NCBI GenBank assembly: GCA_002269645.1
Contig: NIVC01001007.1
Coordinates: forward strand, 62,001-126,000
DNA from: Macrostomum lignano
Lineage: Eukaryota
Length of the DNA: 64,000 nucleotides
Direction of reading: 5' to 3'
The position numbers and the translations under genes were made by a program. Below the pieces are notes generated by a model. It worked only from the letters and a program-made list of their open reading frames with translations, had not been told where the DNA came from and ran no database searches. Of the stretch, positions 51,501 through 64,000 are shown one piece after another (the first letter of the stretch is position 1; each line of letters starts with the position of its first letter).

Positions 51501-52064
51501 TAGTCCTTGGCTGCTAGACTGGACCAAAAACTTGGGTTATAAATCAGAGCACCTGGAGAATAAGCTCCACCCTTCTTTCTGTTTCCCTCGAACCAGTGCT
51601 TGCATATGAAACACTTGGCCCTCCTTTGATGTTTTGCTTTGCTCCAGAAGCAGCAGATATCTTCTGTCTGGCGAAAGCTGTATTAGAAACTGCTGAAACC
51701 CCTCTCCTACCGCTGTTGACAGTTATGACCATTTTTATGTCCTCTGATATCCCAACCGCTAGTGTAATCAGGATTAGGATTATTACTATAGGGCAACAGG
51801 TGAAAGTGGAGCTGCAGAAGGATATAGAGATAATATTCCAATAATTCTAGGGATTTCTCACCCAGTCAAGCCCACCCACGTGTACCTAACCTAATCCTTA
51901 CCCTAACCCTATAGGGAAAAGAAGGCATTGATTTATTGGGTACGTTTGTACGCTTAGGCATTAGGAAACTTCATTTTAACGTTTCTCCATGTATTCTTCG
52001 GATAATGTATATAGGCTTGTTTCTGACGCTGCAGTGTCTTTTATACACAAGTTGATCTTGTCAG

Positions 52065-52645
52065 ATTGCAGTGCCTCTCCTGAGATGACAGTGCCTCTCC
52101 TGAGATTGCAGTGCCTCTCCTGAGATTGCAGTGCCTCTCCTGAGATTGCAGTGCCTCTCTTGAGATTACAGTGCCTCTCCTGAGATTGCAGTGCCTCTCT
52201 TGAGATTACAGCTTCTCTCCTGAGAATATAGTGCCTCTCCTGAGATTACAGTGCCTCTCCTAAGATCGCAGTGCCTCTCCTGAGATTACAGGGTCTCTCC
52301 TGAGATTACAGTACCTCTAATGAGATTACAGAGCCTCTCCTGACACCCCAACTCCTCTCCCGACACCCCAACTCCTCTCCTGACACCCAACTCCTCTCCT
52401 GACACCCCAATTCCTCTCCTGACACCCCAACTCCTCTCCTGACACCCCAACTCCTCTCCTGACACCCCAAACCCTCTCCTGACACCCCAACTCCTCTCCT
52501 GACACCCCAACTCCTCTCCTGACACCTCAAATCCTCTCCTGACACCCCAACTCCTCTCCTGACACCCCAACTCCTCTCCTGACATTACTAATCTCCTGAC
52601 ACCTCAAATCCTCTCCTGACACCCCAACTAATATCCTGACACTCT
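52065..52645. repeat. Two related 20-bp arrays (cagtgcctctcctgagatt then ctcctctcctgacaccccaa) ending next to the Hox exon 2 acceptor
   Basis: Shared core ctctcctga. Confidence 0.92.
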
Positions 52646-52665
52646 CCTATCCCTACCTGCCGCAG

Positions 52666-52997
52666 GTCCGAACTCGGTGCAGCGCCGCAGCGGGCGCCAG
52701 ACCTACAGCCGTCAGCAGACTCTGGAGCTGGAGAAGGAGTTCAAATTCAACAACTACTTGACACGAAGGCGTCGAATCGAGATCGCCCATCTGCTGGGCC
52801 TCACGGAGCGGCAAATCAAAATTTGGTTTCAAAACCGACGAATGAAACTGAAAAAAGAGAAGCAACAAATTCGCGAGTTGAACGCCGAGTCAAAGAAGTC
52901 GACTAACGCGTTTGGCGATGATGAAGATGACGAAGGCGTCGATGAACTGGATGCTGCCTGCGGCGTCGGCGGCGGTGGTCTGTACGGCGGCGTCTGA
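52666..52997 (+). CDS. Lox4: Hox gene exon 2: homeodomain (52683-52862), UbdA-type peptide KQQIRELN, acidic tail
   Basis: Acceptor cctacctgccgcAG. The spliced [33 protein letters not shown]...[20 protein letters not shown] has the short GPNS linker and parapeptide of Lox4/Lox2/Ubx/abd-A. Protein is 266 aa from ATG 42588 or 44792. Confidence 0.95.
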
Positions 52998-53199
52998 AAA
53001 AATTTTCTCCATGCAGAAGAATATAACACTGTAGCTATGATTGTAATCTATCAAATCGTTTTTAAATTTTTGTGCACGCGTGCGTTCTACACTACTGATC
53101 AGGTTTTATCGCTAGTCAGTAGTGTAGTTTCGGTTCGGTATTTTATCCTGTTACTTTATTTGCGCAGAATTTTAATCCTATGATGTTGGTCAGTGCTAC

Positions 53200-53640
53200 C
53201 GAAATGGGTCTAGGTTCACTAAAATGAGTGAGGTTCAGCTAAATGGGTCAGGGCTACCAAAATGGGTCAGGGTCACCAAGATGGGTCAGTATCACCATAA
53301 TGGGTCAGAGTCACCAAAATGGCTGGGTCAGGGCCACCAAGATGGGTCAGTATCACCATAATGGGTCAAAGTCACCAAAATGGCTGGGTCAGGGCCACCA
53401 AAATGGGTCAGGGTCAACAAGATGGGTCAGTGTCACCATAATGGGTCAGGGTCTCCATAATGTATCAGCTAGGGTCACCAAAATGGGTCCGGGTCACCAA
53501 AATGGGTCAGGGTCTCCATAATGGATCAGGGTCACCAAAATGGGTCCAGGTCACCAAAATGGTTCTGCAAGGTCTCCATAATAGATCAGGGTCACTAAAG
53601 TGGGTTAGGGTCACCAAAATGGGACAGGGTCATCAAAAAT
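53200..53640. repeat. About 19-20-bp degenerate array (aaatgggtcagggtcacca) in the Hox 3' region
   Basis: Read directly. Confidence 0.88.
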
Positions 53641-53889
53641 GAGTCAGAGCACTTCAAATTGGTGCGATAATAATTCATATCTTACACAATGCAATCTGCA
53701 TGCCTTACATGTATCTCATATTTGCTATATTACTGTATTGCAAGATGAGCCTGCGCTCATAGTTGTTGTTGGTTTTAGGCACTACCCAAATACATGAGCA
53801 CATTATCAACAAATACCTGTTTACCAGCGATTGTGTACACACATTTAAAACTCCGAAAAATGGTTACTATTTTTGTGCGCTGCCTGATT

Positions 53890-54548
53890 GGATGAGATTG
53901 GATGAGATCGATAATGGATGAGATTAGATGAGATTGATGATGGATAAGATAGGATAAAATTAATGATGGATAAGATGCGATGAGATTTGTGATGGATAAG
54001 ATTTGTAATGGATGAGATGGGATGATATTATTGAAGGATAAGATTTGTGATGGATGAGATTGGATGGGATTAATGATGAATGAAAGTGAATGGGATTGAT
54101 GACGGATGAGATTGGATGGCATTAATGATGGATGAGATTGGATGGCATTAATGATGGATGAGATTGGATGGCATTAATGATGGATGAGATTGGATGGCAT
54201 TAATGATGGATGAGATTGGATGGCATTAATGATGGATGAGATTGGATGGCATTATTGACGGATGAGATTGGATGGCATTAATGACGGATGAGATTGGATG
54301 GCATTAATGACGGATGAGATTGGATGGCATTAATGATGGATGAGATTGGATGGCATTAATGACGGATGAGATTGGATGGCATTAATGACGGATGAGATTG
54401 GATGGCATTAATGACGGATGAGATTGGATGGCATTAATGACGGATGAGATTGGATGGCATTAATGATGGATGAGATTGGATGTCATTAATGATGGATGAG
54501 ATTGGATGTCATTAATGATGGATGAGATTGGATGGCATTAATGACGGA
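53890..54548. repeat. 26-bp minisatellite (ggatgagattggatggcattaatgat)n, regular from 54121
   Basis: Period of 26 read directly. Confidence 0.93.
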
Positions 54549-55009
54549 TGCAGTTGAGCAGAAGCTGAGGTTGACATTAAACCTGAAAGAATGAAGCTAT
54601 CAATCGAATTAATGTGCCGCTGCAGATTCAGAGAGCCAAATTGCGAAAGCGCTGGGTGTGAAGGAAGAGCTGTAGTGTCAGAACTGTGAGATTTCTGACA
54701 AGAATCCTTACAAGACGCCACTATATGAAGCTCAATTTGCTGGGAGGGCAAGGCCAATGGCTTTTGAGTGAAGAGTGCCGCCAGCACTCCCCTTTCCGGT
54801 GAGGCCATTGCTGGGTTCGAGTGGAGAACTGCCCCGAATTTGATGGTGGGGAAGGGAGATGGCCTGTCAGCTCGAGGGTTCCTTCTGAGTTCGAATTTCG
54901 AGTTCGAACCGGTTATTTTTAAAGTCAGACTTTTACCACCCATTTTTACAACCCTCCTTTGTATATGCATATGAGCTTGCAATGAGCAGTTCTCAAGTTA
55001 TGGTGCCAC

Positions 55010-55965
55010 AGTAGTGCCAGTGGCGCCAAAATAGATGCCAGTGGCGCCAAAATAGATGCCAGTGGCGCCAAAGTAGATGTCAGTGGCGCCAAAGTAGATG
55101 TCAGTGGCGCCAAATTGATGACAGTGGCGCCAAAATAGATGTCAGTGGCGCCAAAGTAGATGTCAGTGGCGCCAAAGTAGATGTCAGTGGCGCCAAAGTA
55201 GATGTCAGTGGCGCCAAAGTAGATGTCAGTGGCGCCAAATTGATGACAATGGCGCCAAATTGATGACAGTGGCGCCAAAATAGATGTCAGTGGCGCCAAA
55301 GTAGATGTCAGTGGCGCCAAAATAGATGCCAATGACGCCAAGATAGATGCCAGTGGCGCCAAAATAGATGCCAGTGGCGCCAAAATAAATGCCAGTGGCG
55401 CCAAAATAAATGCCAGTGGCGCCAAAATAGATGTCGGTGGCGCCAAATTGATGACAGTGGCGCCAAAATAGATGTCAGTGGCGCCAAAGTAGATGTCAGT
55501 GGCGCCAAAGTAGATGTCAGTGGCGCTAAAATGGATGCTAATGGCGTCAAAAAAGATGCTAGTGACGCCAAAATAGATGCCAATGACGCCAAGATAGATG
55601 CCAGTGGCGCCAAAATAGATGCCAGTGGCGCCAAAATAAATGCCAGTGGCGCCAAAATAAATGCCAGTGGCGCCAAAATAGATGTCGGTGGCGCCAAATT
55701 GATGACAGTGGCGCCAAAATAGATGTCAGTGGCGCCAAAGTAGATGTCAGTGGCGCCAAAGTAGATGTCAGTGGCGCTAAAATGGATGCTAATGGCGTCA
55801 AAAAAGATGCTAGTGACGCCAAAATAGATGCCAGTGGCGCCAAAATAGATGCCACTGGCGCCAAAACAGATGCCGGTGGCGCCAAAATAGATGCCGGTGG
55901 CGCCAAAATAGATGCCATGCAGTGGCGCCAAAATAGATGCCGGTGGCGCTAAGATAGATGCCAAA
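55010..55965. repeat. 21-bp minisatellite (cagtggcgccaaaatagatgc)n
   Basis: Read directly. Confidence 0.95.
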
Positions 55966-56319
55966 GCTCTACTTTGCCCAGCACATGTCTCAGCCAGCGC
56001 AGATCAGCATTCAGTCCATAGCGTGTCAAAAATTCTCAATCAATCAGCTTCATCCGATTTCTTTCTCACAATCAATAAATTTTCTGGTAATCTCCAGTTG
56101 AGCTTTCTCCAGCTTATAATGGTCTATTAATGCGTCTCAAAGCTCATTAGTTCCCCGTGAATTTCCCCAGAGAAGGGCTTGCCCTCAGTGATTGAGAGCT
56201 GTAGGAGCTGAAGGAGCTAGATGGAGAGCAAGATGTACTTTTTTAAGCAAAGTGGCCGTGCGAGATTGCAGAGCGATTTTTTCCGAATATCTTTTGAGTA
56301 AGATATTTTGAGTATAGCT

Positions 56320-56790
56320 CTCTATCCCTATTCACATCTATCCACCCAATTGATCTTTATCAATATCTATCCACTCTTATTCACATCTATCCACATCTAT
56401 CCACTGCTATCCACATCTATCCACTTCTATCCACTGCTATCCACATCTATCCACTCCTATCCACTTCTATCCACATCTATCCACTCCTATCCACTGCTAT
56501 CCACATCTATCCACTTCTATCCACTGCTATCCACATCTATCCACTCCTATCCACTGCTATCCACATCTATCCACTCCTATCCACTTCTATCCACATCTAT
56601 CCACTCCTATCCACTGCTATCCACATCTATCCACTCCTATCCACTTCTATTCACATCTATCCACTCCTATTCACTTCTATTCACATCTATCCACTCCTAT
56701 CCACTTCTATCCACTGCTATCCACATCTATTCACCCCAATCCTCATCTATTCGCATTTATCCACCCCTACGCACCTCTATCTGAATCCAT
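56320..56790. repeat. 10-bp unit with a 30-bp higher-order period (ccacatctat ccactcctat ccactgctat)
   Basis: Read directly. Confidence 0.9.
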
Positions 56791-57201
56791 TCCTATTTAT
56801 GCACCTTTATATAAATTTATCTGCATCTTGCCAATCTTTATCCAGCTTTATATCCACCTATTCCCACTTCGATCCATCTCTATCCATCTATATCGTCCTC
56901 TAAAAACCCACTGCTTTCGACCTCACTTATTGTAGTTGCCACTCCTATCTTTGCCACATTGTACATGCGATAGCAGCCAGGTATCCTCTGATTTTCCGGG
57001 ATAGAAAGTCATTCTTAATTTTAAACAACACCTGTTCATGGCCTACAAACAGTTGCCCAGGTGTACTTCTCCGCTTGGCACGCATTGGAGACCCGAAGCT
57101 CCATCTCTACGGATTTCCATCTCGATATAGTCCGGCCTCCACCTGTCCCTCACGTCCTAAGCCCTGGCTCTCGGTTTACAGGCAAGTCCTGTGCAGTCCT
57201 G

Positions 57202-57968
<767 letters not shown>

Positions 57969-58080
57969 GACTACGACTACTACTACTCTACTACTACTAC
58001 TTCTACTACTACTACAACAACAACTACTACTATTACTGCAACTACTAGTGCTACTACTACTGACAATCTAGCTTCAACTG

Positions 58081-58604
58081 ATCGGCAGTGCCCAGTCGCC
58101 TGTGACCAGGGGCTGTGCAGGCGGCGATCTGTGACCAGACGCCGCCAACTGCGATCCTCGTGGCCTGACTGGCTACTTCAAATTACTGCTACCAGTACGG
58201 CTCTACTACGATTACGACTACTACTACTCTACTGCTACTACTACTACTACTACGACTACTTCTACTACTATTCTACTATCAATGTACAACCAATCGGCAG
58301 TGCCCAGCCGCCTGTGACCAGGGACTGGGCTGCGGCGGCGATCTGTGACCAGACGCCGCCAACTGCGATCCTCGTGGCCTGACTGGCTACTTCAAATTAC
58401 TGCTACCAGTACGGCTCTACTACGATTACGACTACTACTACTCTACTGCTACTACTACTACTACTACGACTACTTCTACTACTATTCTACTATCAATGTA
58501 CAACCAATCGGCAGTGCCCAGCCGCCTGTGACCAGGGACTGGGCTGCGGCGGCGATCTGTGACCAGACGCCGCCAACTGCGTCTCGCGTGGCCTGACTGG
58601 CTAC
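58081..58604 (+). repeat. Three copies (58081, 58293, 58507) of a GC-rich structured unit separated by (TAC)n-rich spacers; 212-214-bp period
   Basis: Direct comparison; duplicated ORFs at 58131 and 58345. Confidence 0.9.
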
Positions 58605-58993
58605 CCAATTAATTACTGTATATGAATTCAATAGTTACATCTAATTATTTACACTTATTTATGCAAAGTTCTCAGTGCTCTGTATTAATTTAATATTTGT
58701 TTTTTTCTACGGGCGTAATTAACTTATTTGTTGAACTTTTCAAGATGCTTAGTCATACACTTCTACGCTTTAAATCTGTTTTTCTATAGCACCTAACATC
58801 TTTATTTTTGTGCAAGGCTTTAGCTGCGAGACTTTAACCAATCAGCGTGCTTCAACTCACGTTTTTAACTAATTATACGTACACATCTTTACTCAACACT
58901 GCTCAGTGCACCCCCAAAAGTCGCATATATATATTGAAATTATGTTAAAATAACTTCACAGCCAATATATTTGTTTTTAAACCCGAATAAATA

Positions 58994-59034
58994 AACCCTG
59001 ACGAAGGCCCAGTCTAGGCCGAAATATCGGTTTC
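58994..59034 (+). ncRNA. Minimal type I hammerhead ribozyme
   Basis: AAACC CUGACGA A GGCC-cagucua-GGCC GAAA U AUC GGUUU: all core nucleotides, 5-bp stem I, 4-bp stem II; predicted cleavage 3' of C59029. Confidence 0.82.
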
Positions 59035-59105
59035 TGAATATTCGACAACTAACGTTCTTCAATATTTCCGTGTGTGTGGTTTGCAGTTTGAAGCTGCCTT
59101 TTGCA

Positions 59106-61632
<2,527 letters not shown>

Positions 61633-62109
61633 GTAAGCATTCTATCAAAGTAACTACTTCTATCGCGCAGGCAAGACCGCAGTCCATTAGCTAATTGGGA
61701 GTGCAGGCCCTTCAGTCCGGTGTGGGTTATAAATTTCCCGTTAAATCTGGCGGTACAGATTTGATTTGAGTGGCCGGGGCTGCGGTGCCAGCCCGATTCA
61801 TGTTCTGAAGGAGAGAAATATTCCTCGCAGGACCCTCACAGCAATCTGTGCCATCTACGGCTAATGCGTCGCAATTAGGCTTATAATTAAGAGTTTGATT
61901 GTTAACGAATTGGATCGATGTTTTACATGAGGGTGAGGCCTGGCTGCATAGATAGAGTCTAGGCAATATCTAGTTCTGATAAGGGCGCCACTGATTTACA
62001 CAATGGCGTCAAGTTCGTAAGTTCTTTAGCTTTAACTATGACAATGGTGCCAACGTTAGCAATGACATTCTAAAGCGATAAAATGGCGTCTTTAGCCTTC
62101 AAAAAAGCT

Positions 62110-62770
62110 CCAAAGTTAAAAATGGCACCCTACAATTAAAAATGGCACCCTACAATTAAAAATGGCACCCCAAAAGTTAAAAATGGCACCCTGCAATGAA
62201 AAATGGCACCTTAAATTTAAAAATGACACCCTACAATTAAAAATGGCACCCTACAACTAAAAATGGCACCCTAAATTTAAAAATGGCACCCTACAACTAA
62301 AAATGGCACCCTACAACTTAAAAAATAGCACCCTACAATGAAGAATGGCACCCTACAATGAAAAATGGCACCCTGCAATGAAAAATAGCACCCTACAGTG
62401 AAAAATGGCACCCTTCAACTAAAAATGGCAACCTAAATTTAAAAATGGCACCCTGCAATGAAAAATAGCACCCTACAATGAAGAATGGCACCCTACAATG
62501 AAAAATAGCACCCTACAATGAAGAATGGCACCCTACAATGAAAAATGGCACCCTACAATAAAAAATAGCACCCTACAATGAAAAATGGCACCGTACAATG
62601 CAAAATAGCACCCTACAATGAAAAATGGCACCCTACAATGAAAAATGGCACCCTACAATGAAAAATTGCACCCTACAATGAAAAATGGCACCCTACAATG
62701 AAAAATTGCACCCTACAATGAAAAATGGCACCCTACAATAAGAAATGCCACAAAAATTAAAAATGGCACC
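62110..62770. repeat. 20-bp minisatellite (aaaaatggcaccctacaatg)n
   Basis: Read directly. Confidence 0.95.
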
Positions 62771-63299
62771 AAAAATTATAAATGACACCCAAATATATAA
62801 AATGGCATCTACGAGCTAAAAAAATACAAATGGCATCTTAAAATTAAAAATGGCACGCGACAATAACAATGGCACAGACAAGGTACAAAATGGCAATTTA
62901 TTCTAGCTACATAAACTTTATTCTGCGCCATTCCCAACTTTATTTCATGTCCTCTTTTTCTGGCCAAAAAGCGAAGCCTGGCTGTTGTGAAGTTCAAAGT
63001 TGAGTGACAGTTTGCAGATGCCCAGCAACTATAACAAAAAGGGAAAGGTAGGAATTGGGAAATATGCTTGTCTTTCTTCCCAAACTGTGGGATCAGTGTC
63101 GATTCTCCATCCTCTTTTGTTGGCTAACCCGAGAGAGGCTAAACTTTTTTTCTTGCCGTTTCATAGCCCTAGCAACTCCGTTTCTTTCTTCCCGTCTCAA
63201 ATGCAGCAGCAGCTATGAGCATTTCGGCCAATCTGTCATCGATAAATTTTACCTGACTTTCACCTGTCAGTGGGTCCGTAACTATTGTATAAGGTTAGA

Positions 63300-63540
63300 G
63301 AGAAACTAGGAGAAGAGGACAGAGATTAAAGGAGAAATGTGAAGGATTAGAGGATACAAGAGTGAAATAAGAGAAGATTAGACTGAGATTGGATAAGATT
63401 AGACTGAGATTAGATGAGATTGGACTGAGATTAGACTGAGATTAGATTGAGATTAGAAAAGATTAGACTGAGAGTGAGATTAGAGGAAAAAACAGTGAGA
63501 TTAGAGAAAAAAGAGAGATTAGAGGATTAGAAAGGGATAT
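63300..63540. repeat. GA-rich degenerate repeat (gattagactga-like)
   Basis: Read directly. Confidence 0.75.
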
Positions 63541-64000
63541 TAAAAGTAAATATATGAGAGATTAGATGACCCAGAATGAATAATACGAGTATAAAGGAAA
63601 AATATAGGTGCCGGATTCTATCCAGTACCTCTTTAAAAATAACTTTAGTAGTATGCTTCACTAAAGAAGAAAGCAAGTCTGTAAAAAGTCTTTGAGTGTT
63701 TATAAGCACAAATGAAAATCTTATGCCATGCCTACATGTACAGTAAATCTAATCTAATTTAAGAAATTAAAATTGCATTCGAGTTGCATGCGTGCAGCCA
63801 TGACTGCAATTATCTGTGCCCTGCAGGGACAATCATTATCCCAAGGACTTTAAATTTTATCATCAATCCGTGACTGAAGGACAGAAAGAAGTTCAGAAGG
63901 AGAAGACTATTTGAGGCATTATTACTGCGGTGGGGCACAGGGGAGCATCGAGGGGGGGGGTGCAGGGCAAGAAAGGACGGCTGATAGAGACGGAGATGGA

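Noticed and set aside
50400-51560. RGG-like repeat protein (RSFRGGSDYPH)n on the - strand
   Set aside because: 22-bp units break the frame, and no start or splice context was found.
54540-54990. GC-balanced unique stretch with ORFs on both strands
   Set aside because: No recognisable domain or consistent exon structure.

Overview
Eukaryotic, intron-containing animal DNA. GC-rich poly-Q/poly-A exons sit among many minisatellites, and the style suggests a flatworm such as Macrostomum (inference only). Genes recoverable by splicing: (1) a small unknown 2-exon gene on + (315-1870); (2) a ZUP1/ZUFSP-like gene on - (UBZ, MIU and the helices before the catalytic domain; no catalytic motif seen); (3) a 5-exon UBAP2/UBAP2L/lingerer homologue on + (27195-35920, about 967 aa); (4) a central-class Hox gene of the Lox4 (Ubx/abd-A) type. 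The Hox upstream region and exon 1 are tandemly duplicated (2.2 kb), with a templated insertion at the junction. Mobile DNA: a degenerate DIRS/Ngaro-type relic with a SAP domain, a deleted Ty3/gypsy element, a 5'-truncated Penelope-like GIY-YIG element, hAT- and Mutator-type MITEs with target-site duplications, and Helitron-like remnants. Three minimal hammerhead ribozymes each lie just upstream of a microsatellite. One is inside a 1.1-kb insert that splits a multi-kb (TCTA)n array and also carries a repeated three-way-junction motif with TGAC loops. More than 25 distinct tandem arrays fill introns and intergenic DNA, and most long ORFs in the supplied track are artefacts of these arrays.
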